Origin: Candidatus Moraniibacteriota bacterium
GTDB taxonomy: Bacteria; Patescibacteriota; Minisyncoccia; Moranbacterales; UBA1568
Assembly: GCA_016699385.1 (NCBI GenBank)
Contig: CP064974.1
Span: 596,466 to 660,465, forward strand
Length of the DNA: 64,000 nt
Direction: 5' to 3'
In this document: positions 1 to 12,228 of the stretch, in pieces
Position numbering within the stretch: the first letter of the stretch is position 1
Layout of the letters: each line of letters starts with the position of its first letter
Program-made: the position numbers and the translations under genes
Notes under the pieces: generated by a model
Seen by the model: the letters and a program-made list of their open reading frames with translations, nothing else
What the model was told of the DNA's origin: nothing
Databases searched by the model: none

Positions 1-39
1 TACTGCAACATCAACCAATTGAAAACCTACCCATGTATT

Positions 40-85
40 GCAAAAGAAACAAAAACCCCTTCGCTATTCTATAGCAAAGGGGGTT
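40..85 (-). terminator. rho-independent terminator downstream of the lipase-like gene
   Basis: GC-rich hairpin AACCCCTT..AAGGGGGTT at about 54-85; on the minus strand it is followed by a T-run (plus-strand CAAAAGAAACAAAAA at 40-53). Confidence 0.45.
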
Positions 86-102
86 GATTTTCTTACTGCA
101 CA

Positions 103-918
103 TCAGAGAGGAAATACAGGAGAGAGCGCTTCATAAATTGCCCGTCCAATATCTTGTCCGCTCGTTTCCAGATATGTCTCCCGCATCCCGTGACAACTCC
201 AGTCATCCGCTCCGCAGATCCCTTCTGCATTTGCCGGAAGTGCGCCCGTTATGTTGCGAATCGCATTGATCACTTCATCACTTCCATATGTGAGATATCC
301 TCTATAGGAATCGACACTTTCAGGCGTCGCAACAGCGAAAACAGGCACTCGAAGACTTGAAGGGAGAAGAAGATTTGCCTCCGTTGCATAAAAGTTCCCC
401 TGAGAATGCGCTACAACCAAGCGTCTGCCCAGAGTCCCAGCATAGTTTTCAACATGCTGTTGCAAATCTTCATCTACAATATAGGCGAAAGCAGTCGAAA
501 TCGTCTTTGTGACATTCAACTGTGCTTCCCGAAACCACTCTGGAACGGAGATGCCCGCTGCCATATCAATCCATTGCCAAAATGTCGTAGTGTCATCTGG
601 AACAGACTGCAAGAAGACTTCGAGAAGCTCGAGCCAAGCATCCTCCTTCTGATTGTGCGCAGCTTGAAACCGCACACACCGCATTTCATCCGCAACGTAG
701 GATTGGTTCGGCAGAGAATTAACAAAGGAGAGGTAAGTTTCTTCCAACTTTCTCCTCGTCTTCTCAGCAGAAGCTTTATCCGTCCGCATCCCGTTTACAA
801 AAAACACGGTCGGCGGATTGGATATGGACGAACAGTCGACATCAGCATACGCCGACGCGCTACCCACTCCAAAGAGGACAACTATGAAACTCAACAAATA
901 CAGCCACACCTTCATCAT
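103..918 (-). CDS. secreted alpha/beta-hydrolase, lipase/esterase-like
   Basis: ORF of 271 aa with an N-terminal signal-peptide-like hydrophobic stretch, a nucleophile-elbow A-H-S-Q-G (GxSxG-like) and an upstream FFVNG oxyanion-like motif; overlaps the next gene by 4 nt. Confidence 0.5.
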   Translation of the reverse strand: MMKVWLYLLSFIVVLFGVGSASAYADVDCSSISNPPTVFFVNGMRTDKASAEKTRRKLEETYLSFVNSLPNQSYVADEMRCVRFQAAHNQKEDAWLELLEVFLQSVPDDTTTFWQWIDMAAGISVPEWFREAQLNVTKTISTAFAYIVDEDLQQHVENYAGTLGRRLVVAHSQGNFYATEANLLLPSSLRVPVFAVATPESVDSYRGYLTYGSDEVINAIRNITGALPANAEGICGADDWSCHGMRETYLETSGQDIGRAIYEALSPVFPL

Positions 919-1832
919 TCACCTCCCACCTGAGTAGTGTCAAAATCGCACTGCGTAAGGTACTCCCATGGATGGATAGCGCCACTCACTTCCCCACCAA
1001 TATGCCGATTAAAGGCAATCCATGCACGAGAACGCAGTTCGGTATTGAGAATCCGTTCTTTCATTGCATCCTCAGCATCAGCCGACGCATCAATGCCCAT
1101 AACTCCCGCTAGGCAATTCCCATCCTTCTCGCGATCATGCAACAATCGCACAGACTCTTCCTTATCCGACGATGCAAGGAGCTCCAACTGAAACCCTTCA
1201 GCATCTTGCCTCAATGCTTTTCGAACATTGATATTTTCATCCCCAGGATAGGTGAGCGCAATATACCGCTGTATATCATCGCGTATCCCGTCACCATCAG
1301 AGTCGATTCCAGCAAGGGTCACTTTTCCAGCTTCGCCCGGATCGGTAGGGAGACCATCATCCGTCATCTCAAGAGAGAGCGATACAGGCAACGATTCCGC
1401 AAGCCAGATTGGCGTCACGACTGTTTTGCCGAATATACGCACCGTGCGATACAGACGGAGAGAGCCATCAACTAACCCCACTGAAGCAGACGGTGAGAGA
1501 TGTAGCGTCACCGAAACAACCGTATCGCGTTCGCAGATATTTCCCGGAACAATCTCGACCATACTCGCTATGGAAGCGAGATTATCAGAGAGCTTTGCAG
1601 ACGTCTTGGCGCCGAGAGCACAGAACGTCTTGGCAAGCACTGGTCCCGCATGAGCTGTGACCGAGAATGAAACTGTACTGCCAGGAGTACCAGAGAGAGA
1701 TACTGCTCTTGGTGCCCACGAGAACGCATTATCGGAGAGCCGCGAAGCGAACGCATTGGTAATAGCCAAGAGTCCGATTATCGCGATGGACAACACCGCC
1801 CATACCCGTTTTGATTTCCACGAAATAGTCAT
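915..1832 (-). CDS. secreted/membrane-anchored hypothetical protein with an Asp-rich DSDGDG loop
   Basis: ORF of 305 aa, N-terminal TM/signal segment and a DSDGDGIRDD calcium-binding-like motif; translationally coupled to the downstream lipase-like gene. Confidence 0.45.
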   Translation of the reverse strand: MTISWKSKRVWAVLSIAIIGLLAITNAFASRLSDNAFSWAPRAVSLSGTPGSTVSFSVTAHAGPVLAKTFCALGAKTSAKLSDNLASIASMVEIVPGNICERDTVVSVTLHLSPSASVGLVDGSLRLYRTVRIFGKTVVTPIWLAESLPVSLSLEMTDDGLPTDPGEAGKVTLAGIDSDGDGIRDDIQRYIALTYPGDENINVRKALRQDAEGFQLELLASSDKEESVRLLHDREKDGNCLAGVMGIDASADAEDAMKERILNTELRSRAWIAFNRHIGGEVSGAIHPWEYLTQCDFDTTQVGGE

Positions 1833-2123
1833 ATATGCCCCTTATTGTAGCACAGATGAATGATTGGAGAAGAAATCCCTCATTGAGAAAGAACTTTGAA
1901 AAACGAGCATCATTCCTGATGCTCGAAGGAGAGAATACCATGGGAGGTGATATATGTCAAGATAACACTGCTATTCTATATAATTTCAGGTTAAAAACCT
2001 CCCAATATTCCATCAAATAATTGAAGTGATTGAAAAAATATTTCGATTTGCAACCCGTCCTCCGTCCATTCTATTCGAACCACTCTGAACAATCCTGCTT
2101 CCGTTTTTTCTCCTTCAAAATTC

Positions 2124-2154
2124 AAAAAAGCATCCCCTTTTTGAAAGGGGATGC
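2124..2154 (-). terminator. rho-independent terminator after rplA
   Basis: Perfect hairpin GCATCCCCTTT-ttg-AAAGGGGATGC at 2130-2154, preceded on the plus strand by AAAAAA, i.e. a T-tract on the minus strand. Confidence 0.55.
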
Positions 2155-2183
2155 AGAAAAAAATTCTTCGGAATGAGAAGCCG

Positions 2184-2891
2184 TTACACTCGCACACGGA
2201 CGCCTGGACCCATGGTGGTGGCGAGAGTGGCGGAAACGATAAGCCTCCCCTTTAAGCCATCTGGCTTCAGGCGTTGAACCGTCTCGATAAAAGCAGTGAC
2301 ATTCTCAGCAATCTTCTCAGTCTCCAGAGAAACTTTTCCAACCGCTTGATGAATATTTCCAGAGTCGTCTGTTTTGAAGCTCGCCTTATTTCCCTTCTTC
2401 AGAGCGAGAACGGCATCTTTTATCTTCGTTGTCACCGTTTCATTCTTCGGATTTGGCATAAGACCTTTCGGTCCCAAAATCTTCGCAATCTGCGCAAGCT
2501 TCGGCATCATTTCCGGCGTCGAAAGGAGAATATCGAAGTCCGTCCCAGGAAGCACCTTCCCTTCTTTTATACCCGCGATCATCTCTTCCCCGCCAACTAC
2601 ATCCGCATTTGCCTCTTTGGCTTCTGCTGCCTTGGACGATGTGATAACGGCGACTTTCTTGGACTTACCTAAACCATTTGGAAAAATGATTGTTCCACGA
2701 ACCAGCTGATCGGTCTTCTTGCGATCAATACCGAGATGAAGATGCAATTCTACCGACTCATCAAATTTTGCAACCGGCGTCTCGCGAAGCAAAGAAAGTG
2801 CTTCGCGTACCTCATACACTTTTCCCTTCTCAATACGCTCGGCAATCTTCCGATATTTTTTCCCTTGTTTCATAGTCGTATCGTGGTGCAT
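2184..2891 (-). CDS. rplA: 50S ribosomal protein L1
   Basis: 235-aa ORF with typical L1 sequence (…GKSKKVAVI…GPKGLMPNPK…); the likely true start is the internal MKQGKK at about 2873. Confidence 0.95.
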   Translation of the reverse strand: MHHDTTMKQGKKYRKIAERIEKGKVYEVREALSLLRETPVAKFDESVELHLHLGIDRKKTDQLVRGTIIFPNGLGKSKKVAVITSSKAAEAKEANADVVGGEEMIAGIKEGKVLPGTDFDILLSTPEMMPKLAQIAKILGPKGLMPNPKNETVTTKIKDAVLALKKGNKASFKTDDSGNIHQAVGKVSLETEKIAENVTAFIETVQRLKPDGLKGRLIVSATLATTMGPGVRVRV

Positions 2892-2937
2892 ACGTCCCTC
2901 TCGTCAAGACGAGGAAGACTCCCACAGAGACAAAAAA

Positions 2938-3360
2938 TTATCCTTGAATCTTAATACCCATACTCCGCGCTGTACCGGCAACTACCTTCATTGCTGCTTC
3001 GACATCGTTTGCATTTAAGTCGACAATCTTCGCTGCAGCAATATCACGCAGTTGGTCATTTGTAATAGACCCGGCTGTATCCTTCAGAGGATTTGCGGCG
3101 CCCTTGGATGCCTTTGCTGCCTTTTTGAGGAGCTCGGACGCTGGCGGTGTCTTCAGAACAAATGTAAATGTGCGATCCTCGAACACCGTAATCTCAGCCG
3201 GAATGATATCTCCCATCTTATCCTTTGTCGCCTCATTGAACTTCACGCAAAAGTCCTGGATATTGAGTCCATGCTGCCCCAGAGCCGGTCCGATTGGCGG
3301 CGCTGGATTTGCCTTTCCTCCAGGAATCTGAAGTTTGATAACGGTCTTGATATTTGCCAT
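2938..3360 (-). CDS. rplK: 50S ribosomal protein L11
   Basis: [31 protein letters not shown]… is canonical L11; the start is refined to the ATG at 3360 inside ORF 2938..3399. Confidence 0.95.
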   Translation of the reverse strand: MANIKTVIKLQIPGGKANPAPPIGPALGQHGLNIQDFCVKFNEATKDKMGDIIPAEITVFEDRTFTFVLKTPPASELLKKAAKASKGAANPLKDTAGSITNDQLRDIAAAKIVDLNANDVEAAMKVVAGTARSMGIKIQG

Positions 3361-3476
3361 AAGAGAAAAATTAGAACAATGATACCTCTCGTATCCCAAA
3401 TTCCGAAAGAAGCACTCGGAACCTCGAACAACAGAAATTTATATATACCGTGAAACGTATCGTCAAAATATACAAG

Positions 3477-4022
3477 CTATACTTTCTTAATCTGGAGAAA
3501 GTCCAACTCGACCGGAGTCTCGCGACCAAACAGAGATACAAGCACTTTCACCTTTCCCTTCGCGTCATCTATTTCTTCTACCTTTCCATCAAAATTCTTG
3601 AAGGGACCGTCCACAATCTTGACCGGATCGCCCTTTCGAACATCGATTTTGAATTTCGGCTCTTCGACACCCATCCGCTTTTTGAGCGCGTCGATTTCTT
3701 TGGGATCAACGGGTGTCGGCGTCGTTCCAAGCCCGATAAACCCCGTCACGTTTGGTGTATTGCGAACCACATACCACGAGGCATCCGTCACAATCATATC
3801 AACCAAGATATACCCGGGATAAATCCGCTCCTCTACCACGACACGCTTCCCATTCTTCATGTTGATTTTCTTTTCCTTCGGAACCATGACGTCGAAGATA
3901 AATTCCTGCATGCCCATGGACTCGATTCGCTGATTGAGGTTTCGTGAGACATTGTCTTCGTAACCGGAATAGGTGTGAAGCACATACCACGCCCGCCCAT
4001 GATGTTGTGTTTGCTTTGCCAT
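3477..4022 (-). CDS. nusG: transcription termination/antitermination factor NusG
   Basis: 181-aa ORF with an NGN domain (AWYVLHTYSGYE) and a KOW domain; sits in the conserved secE-nusG-rplK-rplA arrangement. Confidence 0.95.
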   Translation of the reverse strand: MAKQTQHHGRAWYVLHTYSGYEDNVSRNLNQRIESMGMQEFIFDVMVPKEKKINMKNGKRVVVEERIYPGYILVDMIVTDASWYVVRNTPNVTGFIGLGTTPTPVDPKEIDALKKRMGVEEPKFKIDVRKGDPVKIVDGPFKNFDGKVEEIDDAKGKVKVLVSLFGRETPVELDFLQIKKV

Positions 4023-4046
4023 AATGAAAAAAGAGAAAAATTCGAG

Positions 4047-4235
4047 CTAGACTCCAAGAATAAATTTACGAAAAAGTGCCCCAAAGAGAGCATCAAGCGT
4101 CCCAAGCAGCACCGCAACACATGCCGAAACAGCAAGCACAATAAGTGTATACCGCGTCACCTGCTCCCGCGACGGCCAATTTATTTTGAGCGCCTCTGCC
4201 TTCGCTTCAAGGAAATATTCAACTATTTTTTGCAT
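4047..4235 (-). CDS. secE: preprotein translocase subunit SecE
   Basis: 62-aa single-TM protein immediately upstream of nusG; start and stop codons verified in the sequence. Confidence 0.85.
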   Translation of the reverse strand: MQKIVEYFLEAKAEALKINWPSREQVTRYTLIVLAVSACVAVLLGTLDALFGALFRKFILGV

Positions 4236-4418
4236 AGACCAGCTACAGGGAAAATCAAGCTTTTTCTTTGTGAAATACGCGATTTTGGGTTTTTTAAAGA
4301 GCCCCTCTGGACTCTTGTGGGCTCTCTCTGTACTTTCAGAGTACTCGAAAATCCCCTTTCTGTCAAACGCCGGCCCATTAATGGGGGGAATTCTTCAAAA
4401 CGACTCCTCGCAGGCATT

Positions 4419-4970
4419 TTAGGAGAATATTTCCGCTTCCTCAAGCACATCTCGATAAAGCGAAAGAATCCGCGTCGCCTCGCTCTGTTCGAGTGAAAAG
4501 TCTCTCTCATGCACAATACGGTTATGAATCTCATGTGCCTCGATAAGTCCACCAAGCCCCGAAAAGTGCCCCGGAGGAATCGCACTGAAACGCTCACCGG
4601 CATCTTTCCCTTCATAGCCCATTTCCGAAAGAACTTTGTTCACAAAAGCATCTGCCTCAAGAAGAGCCACTTTGTACTCCGAAGGCTGCCCCGATGCAAG
4701 ACGCGCTTCTAGAGACTTCCATTCCTTCAAAAGACGCCGCGATGATGTGAGTGGACGCTCTTTGGTACCGAAAAATCCCTTCTTGAGATCGCCACCAACC
4801 GCCCGAAGCATGAAAAGCAAAATAATATCCGCAAACAAGACCAAACAATAGAGCCCGAGGAATCCGACAAGAAACGAGAGTGTCGTCGAAGCCATGACGG
4901 TTTCGAAAGCCGTCTGGATAATTGGAATGATCTCATTGGAAGAGTCCATAGAATATTTTTGTGTTTTCAA
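4419..4970 (-). CDS. hypothetical membrane protein
   Basis: 183-aa ORF with one N-terminal TM helix; overlaps the gatA stop by 4 nt, suggesting co-transcription; no recognisable domain. Confidence 0.45.
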   Translation of the reverse strand: MKTQKYSMDSSNEIIPIIQTAFETVMASTTLSFLVGFLGLYCLVLFADIILLFMLRAVGGDLKKGFFGTKERPLTSSRRLLKEWKSLEARLASGQPSEYKVALLEADAFVNKVLSEMGYEGKDAGERFSAIPPGHFSGLGGLIEAHEIHNRIVHERDFSLEQSEATRILSLYRDVLEEAEIFS

Positions 4971-6424
4971 GAAAGACTTTGGAGACTTTTTTCAAACGCA
5001 TGTGCTGCATTCAAAATTCCTTCTTCGTCGAACCATTTTCCCATCAATTGCCCACCAAGCGGAAGTTTCTTCCCATCCTCTTCGAGGAAACCAATGGGAA
5101 AAGAAAGTGCTGGCACGCCGACCAGGTTTGCCGTCACGGTATAGATATCGGAAAGATACATCGAGAGCGGATTCTCGGCTTTCGCGCCAAATCGAAACGC
5201 TACTTCCGGTGCGGTCGGCGAAAAAATAAAGTCTACATCAAGAAACGCTTTTTCAAATTCGCGCCGCAAGAGCGTTCGAACCTTCTGCGCCTTCGTATAA
5301 TAGGCGTCGTAGTAACCGGCAGAGAGCGCATAGGTGCCGAGCATGATGCGCCGTTTCACTTCTGTTCCAAATCCATACTGACGCGTATCGAGATATGTTT
5401 CGAAGAGTCCCGATTTCTCAAGAAATGATCGCTTCTCGTCATCAATCGAAAGTCCGTAGCGAATGCCATCGAGACGAGCGAGGTTTGAACTCACTTCCGC
5501 CGGCATAATGATGTAATAGGTCGGAAGTGCCAAATGACTCGACGGAAACGATATCGGAACAATCTCAGCGCCCAAACTCCGAAACCGTTCAATCGCCCGC
5601 TCAGCAACGGCGCGAACAGATAGATCAAGTGCTTCAGAAAAATATTCTTTTGGGACACCAACGCGCTTCCCCGTCATATCCTCCGAAAGGAAATGCTCGT
5701 ACGATTTGCCGCTACTCTCGGCACTCGTCGCATCAAGCGCATCTTCGCCTGCAATACGCGAAAGCACAATTGCCGCATCCTCGACCGTCTGCGTCAATGG
5801 TCCAATCTGATCAAGACTCGATGCCATGGCGATAAGTCCATGTCGCGACACCCTACCATAGGTTGGTTTCAATCCCACAACACCACACAGAGACGCCGGT
5901 TGACGAATAGAGCCACCCGTATCCGACCCAAGAGCAAAAACAGCGAGCTCCCCCGCGACTGCTGCCGCCGAACCGCCGGACGATCCTCCTGGCACACGAT
6001 CGGTGTCGTGAGGATTCTTCGTCTGCTGGTACGCGCTCGACTCGGTCGAGGAACCCATCGCAAATTCATCCATGTTGGTCTTCCCGAGTATAATCGCGCC
6101 CGCATCTTTGAGTTCCGCGACTACCGTCGCATCATAGGGCGCGATATAGTTGTCGAGAATTTTGGAAGCGGCTGTTGTCCGGACACCTACCATACACATA
6201 TTGTCCTTGATGGCACACGGAATCCCCGCGAGGAGGTCAATTTCCTCGCCCCGCTTGATCCGCTCATCAACTTCATGCGCCGCGCGAAGCGCCGATTCTT
6301 TCGTAAGCGTGAGATACGCCCCAATCTCACTATCTCTCTTTTCAATCGCGTCAAAATAATCTTCGGTCAATTTCGTCGAAGTCGTCTCCTGGTCCAATAA
6401 TTTTTGGTGAAGTTTTCGAATCAT
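4967..6424 (-). CDS. gatA: Glu-tRNA(Gln) amidotransferase subunit A
   Basis: 485 aa with the amidase signature (GGSSGGSAAAVA, K/S/S catalytic context); lies directly after gatC. Confidence 0.95.
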   Translation of the reverse strand: MIRKLHQKLLDQETTSTKLTEDYFDAIEKRDSEIGAYLTLTKESALRAAHEVDERIKRGEEIDLLAGIPCAIKDNMCMVGVRTTAASKILDNYIAPYDATVVAELKDAGAIILGKTNMDEFAMGSSTESSAYQQTKNPHDTDRVPGGSSGGSAAAVAGELAVFALGSDTGGSIRQPASLCGVVGLKPTYGRVSRHGLIAMASSLDQIGPLTQTVEDAAIVLSRIAGEDALDATSAESSGKSYEHFLSEDMTGKRVGVPKEYFSEALDLSVRAVAERAIERFRSLGAEIVPISFPSSHLALPTYYIIMPAEVSSNLARLDGIRYGLSIDDEKRSFLEKSGLFETYLDTRQYGFGTEVKRRIMLGTYALSAGYYDAYYTKAQKVRTLLRREFEKAFLDVDFIFSPTAPEVAFRFGAKAENPLSMYLSDIYTVTANLVGVPALSFPIGFLEEDGKKLPLGGQLMGKWFDEEGILNAAHAFEKSLQSLS

Positions 6425-6425
6425 A

Positions 6426-6713
6426 TCAAAACACCGCTTTCACTGTGAGGGCATTCCCATCTTTGCGCGGGAAGAGCGAGATAATTCGCTCGCGTTCGTC
6501 TGGATTGGGAAGCTTCGGTATATCCTCGCGAAGCGAATTCTGCCGCCCAGGTAAGAGTCCTTCGGCTGGCACGCCCGTCACATCCGCTTGCTCCAATTCC
6601 CGAAACGAATCCAAAACCGCCGAGAGATCCGTTTGGAATGTCTCGATTTCTTTTTCCTCCAACCCGATCCGCGCCAGCCGCGCAATATGTTGTACGTCTT
6701 CTTTCGAAAGCAT
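6426..6713 (-). CDS. gatC: Glu-tRNA(Gln) amidotransferase subunit C
   Basis: 95-aa protein with the typical GatC N-terminus (HIARLARIGL…), 2 nt upstream of gatA. Confidence 0.9.
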   Translation of the reverse strand: MLSKEDVQHIARLARIGLEEKEIETFQTDLSAVLDSFRELEQADVTGVPAEGLLPGRQNSLREDIPKLPNPDERERIISLFPRKDGNALTVKAVF

Positions 6714-6724
6714 AAGAAACAGAT

Positions 6725-8893
<2,169 letters not shown>

Positions 8894-8923
8894 TCACCAC
8901 TCCCCCACAAACAACGTTGTCTC

Positions 8924-9499
8924 CTACGGAAATGTTTCCTTATAATTTCTCAAAGAAACCGTCGTCTGAATAGTCGAAGAACTGCCCTGACGTGAGATGG
9001 TTGCGTTCATTGTTATCCGCCCGGCAGCCTCGCTACCAGGAGTATCACTTGAGGGAGATACAAAAAATTGTCCGCTGAGTGCTGCGCCATTCGTCACACT
9101 CACAAGAGTGCTCGAGGTAAACGATGACGGAGAAAGATTGTTGCACCACACTTTTTCATCAGGTTCTCCCTCTGGAAGGAGTGCGGAATATTCAACCATA
9201 CCATTCCCTTCAAATTTGTATCGAAGACAAAGCGACTGCGAATAGTCGAATACACGTAGATCCCCATGTGAGGAAATAACCACCGATGTCCGCAACGATT
9301 TTGCAATACGATTCATAGTAAACTGAATGTCTTCGAGATTCTGCTGGAGACGCTTCGTATTCTGATTCGCCACGGTAATACTCACGAAATACGACGTCAC
9401 GCCCACCATGATGATAGAGAAAATAAACGTCGCCAAGAGCACTTCCAGGAGCGAGAACCCTCGTGAGTTTTGAGAAGAAGTCCGCATACAATACGTCAA
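8924..9499 (-). CDS. prepilin-type N-terminal cleavage/methylation domain protein (minor pilin)
   Basis: GFSLLEVLLATFIFSI prepilin leader/TM segment near the N-terminus; the likely start is MRTSSQ at 9487. Confidence 0.75.
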   Translation of the reverse strand: MTYCMRTSSQNSRGFSLLEVLLATFIFSIIMVGVTSYFVSITVANQNTKRLQQNLEDIQFTMNRIAKSLRTSVVISSHGDLRVFDYSQSLCLRYKFEGNGMVEYSALLPEGEPDEKVWCNNLSPSSFTSSTLVSVTNGAALSGQFFVSPSSDTPGSEAAGRITMNATISRQGSSSTIQTTVSLRNYKETFP

Positions 9500-10084
9500 T
9501 TAATTTTCCTGAAGCTCCGTTTGCGAAAAAGCGCAATGAATCGTCGGTCCAGAAGGGTTGACAATAGACTTGCCGCAATGCGCCGTATCGATAGTCGTAG
9601 GAAAATTCGTGCCACCCCACACAACGACAACGGTTACTTTCCGACTCTCCACGCCACCGGAAGAAGTACCTGCAACAATAACTTTCCGAGAAAATTTTGT
9701 CGGCGTCGTTCCAGAATGCCCGTAGAAACCATTACTATCCAAGGATACTTGATATGAACCCGATACCAAAGTGGGATTTTCAAAATCAATGCGATACGTT
9801 CCTTCAGATACACCCGCAAATGCCGTAGCGCCCTTTGCGAGATTGGTATCACGAATATTGTATACGAGTTCCGCCCCCTCCTGTACCAACATCGAAGCAA
9901 CAACCGCGTCACGTTGCAAAAAAGAATTTCGAAGCGTCGTCGTCGAAAGATTCACTACGCCCAAAAATCCAATCGAAAGCACAAAGAGCGAAATAATCAC
10001 CTCTACAAAAGAGAAGCCCTTTTGTGATCGAATTTTTCGAGAACGCCAATGTGAAAAAAGCATAGGAAAAATTACAGAAAACAA
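9500..10084 (-). CDS. prepilin-type minor pilin
   Basis: KGFSFVEVIISLFVLSIG class-III signal motif; adjacent to the other pseudopilins. Confidence 0.75.
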   Translation of the reverse strand: MFSVIFPMLFSHWRSRKIRSQKGFSFVEVIISLFVLSIGFLGVVNLSTTTLRNSFLQRDAVVASMLVQEGAELVYNIRDTNLAKGATAFAGVSEGTYRIDFENPTLVSGSYQVSLDSNGFYGHSGTTPTKFSRKVIVAGTSSGGVESRKVTVVVVWGGTNFPTTIDTAHCGKSIVNPSGPTIHCAFSQTELQEN

Positions 10085-10123
10085 CAGCTATTCACGAAAC
10101 AGCAATGAAACAACAAGAAATAC

Positions 10124-10660
10124 TCAAGGACACGAAGGGACCGTGGACGAAACAGGCTTTTCAATTACCACTCCGGAAGTGAGCACGCACACTGCTGAAT
10201 ACTTGCCATTTCTCTGAAGAACAATATTCTGATCCGTTGACTCAAGCACATTTCCACGAGGAACCCCAAAGGAAACCTCCCACGATGACGACTCAAAAGT
10301 AACTCCAGAACTAAGTGAATACGTGCTAGACGAAGACTCAGTTGTATCTGAGGGAAACTGAGAACAGTCACCATCTGGCTTCATCGGCTTCAGGTGTCGT
10401 ATAGAAATCCCATAGGAGCTCAAGCTCGTCGCTCTTGCTATATGCCGACAAAGCCCACTATCATTCCCATGTTCTTTCACTCCGGCAAGCGCGTTATTCT
10501 GAGCCGTTCGGACGACGGCTGCCACCTCACGTGCCGATGTCTTGAGCGCGGTTTCATCTCGTTTCCCTGAGAATGATACAAAGGTAACCGCCATCATGAT
10601 GCTGATAAACGCAATCACCGTCATCAATTCAACCAGAGAAAATCCACGAACGGAGCGCAT
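10124..10660 (-). CDS. prepilin-type minor pilin (GspH/FimT-like)
   Basis: RGFSLVELMTVIAFISI motif; the start is refined to the ATG at 10660 (MRSVRGF) within ORF 10124..10741. Confidence 0.7.
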   Translation of the reverse strand: MRSVRGFSLVELMTVIAFISIMMAVTFVSFSGKRDETALKTSAREVAAVVRTAQNNALAGVKEHGNDSGLCRHIARATSLSSYGISIRHLKPMKPDGDCSQFPSDTTESSSSTYSLSSGVTFESSSWEVSFGVPRGNVLESTDQNIVLQRNGKYSAVCVLTSGVVIEKPVSSTVPSCP

Positions 10661-10786
10661 AGGAAAATTCAACAAAGAAACAATACAAAAGAAAATGTTC
10701 CCACTGCAACAAATACTTACCGAAATGCATTCCACTAACAATTTCAGTATACCACACTTCTTAATATCAGAGAAAAAATTTCACTT

Positions 10787-11593
10787 CTACCAATACCAAA
10801 AAAGCGCACTGAACGCGACAGGAAACCACTCCGGCAAAAGAAGCGCTAGAAAAGCACCGAGAATAAGAAACGGTCCCAAAGGAACCTGACTCTGCATCCC
10901 CTTTTTCCCAAAAGCAATAAGTAGTACACCAACAAACGCCCCCATGCCAAACGCAAGAATAAGCGCAAGCATCATATGTGGCCACCCCACGACAAGCCCC
11001 AAGAAAAATGCAAGAAACCCATCTCCCATCCCCATCCATTTCTCCCGCGAAATCGCCGCCATGAGGAAAAGCGGGAGAAAAGCAATCAGCCCAGCGAGCA
11101 CACCCGAATACAGATGAAGCGACCATATCGATGTCTGCGGCAAAGGCGCAAAGGCATCAAGAACAAGCAACATCGGAAGCGCCCAACCAACCCCAATCCA
11201 CAGAAGAATATTCGGAATCTCCATACTCTCAAGGTCAAAGAGGAAGATAAGCACGAGGACACTCGCCGACACGAGGTAAAACACCGTGAGCGCCCACGAT
11301 GGCACATTCCACCACGAGAAAAACGTGCTCCCAAGAAGCGCGAAAAGCACACCAGTCGCCCCCTCGACAAGTGGATATCGACACGATATCTTCATCTTGC
11401 ACGATCGACATTTCCCACCAAGAAGCAGAAACGAAAGAAGCGGAATATTGTCGTACCACACAATTTTCCCTCGACACGCAGGGCATATACTCCTCCCACC
11501 AAGCCCGATCCCCTCTTTCATCCGCCACGAAACCGCATTGAGAAAGCTCCCAATGATAAGACCAAATACAGAAAAAGCAATGAAAATAAACAT
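10787..11593 (-). CDS. pilD: prepilin leader peptidase / N-methyltransferase (A24 family)
   Basis: 268-aa polytopic membrane protein with the N-terminal Cys cluster (CPACRGK…CRSC) typical of PilD/GspO. Confidence 0.9.
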   Translation of the reverse strand: MFIFIAFSVFGLIIGSFLNAVSWRMKEGIGLGGRSICPACRGKIVWYDNIPLLSFLLLGGKCRSCKMKISCRYPLVEGATGVLFALLGSTFFSWWNVPSWALTVFYLVSASVLVLIFLFDLESMEIPNILLWIGVGWALPMLLVLDAFAPLPQTSIWSLHLYSGVLAGLIAFLPLFLMAAISREKWMGMGDGFLAFFLGLVVGWPHMMLALILAFGMGAFVGVLLIAFGKKGMQSQVPLGPFLILGAFLALLLPEWFPVAFSALFWYW

Positions 11594-11674
11594 ACGATTT
11601 CTGTTCTACAAAATTCCCTCTCGAATATCAGTATACCATATACCACCCTCCCATTACATCAAAGACGAAAAGCA

Positions 11675-11699
11675 AAAACCCCGACATTGCGGGGGTTTT
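11675..11699 (-). terminator. rho-independent terminator after the major pilin gene
   Basis: AAAACCCCG-acattg-CGGGGGTTTT hairpin flanked by A/T runs, 40 nt downstream of the pilin stop codon. Confidence 0.6.
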
Positions 11700-11738
11700 G
11701 CAGAAAATTCAGTTATTCATCATGAGAATGAAAGACGC

Positions 11739-12152
11739 CTAACAACCACTGTTAAATGCCGCTCCAGTATCTTGGACTTCACTCAGCTGACAACTATTCG
11801 CTGTTGGAACATTGCTTGACGTTATGTTCAACAGGAATGTTCCAGCTCCCGCATTGCCACAACTCGTTGTTTCTGTACCACCTACACCAGAACCCGCGAA
11901 GGACACTCCACTAGGAAGACCTCCAGGAGCTGCCACTATTGCAGCCTTAAGAGCGGCAACCGAATCTGTAGCAAGGGAATCACATGCCAAAATCGCAGCC
12001 GCCTGAATAGAATGTACTTGCGCTTTATACGCTGCAATTTTCGCCTTGTCTCGAGCGCTACTCAAACTCACCAAGACTATAGATGCCAAAATACCAATAA
12101 TCGCAATAACAATCAAAAGTTCGATAAGTGTAAAACCTTTTGTTTTTTTCAT
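11739..12152 (-). CDS. pilA: type IV major pilin
   Basis: [26 protein letters not shown] class-III signal peptide and N-terminal helix; 137 aa; has its own terminator. Confidence 0.9.
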   Translation of the reverse strand: MKKTKGFTLIELLIVIAIIGILASIVLVSLSSARDKAKIAAYKAQVHSIQAAAILACDSLATDSVAALKAAIVAAPGGLPSGVSFAGSGVGGTETTSCGNAGAGTFLLNITSSNVPTANSCQLSEVQDTGAAFNSGC

Positions 12153-12228
12153 AGTTTCTCACCTCCTTTCTTTTTTAATTTTTGAATCCTCTCGTCAAAG
12201 ATACTCTTGTTTACGAGAGACGAAGACA

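Noticed and set aside
4236-4418. Expected tRNA (for example tRNA-Trp) upstream of secE
   Set aside because: No cloverleaf or T-loop GTTCGA-type signature is found on either strand.
10976-11725. 249-aa Lys/Arg-rich ORF on the plus strand
   Set aside because: Antisense to the prepilin peptidase gene; it is low-complexity basic sequence typical of reverse-strand translation of a membrane-protein gene.
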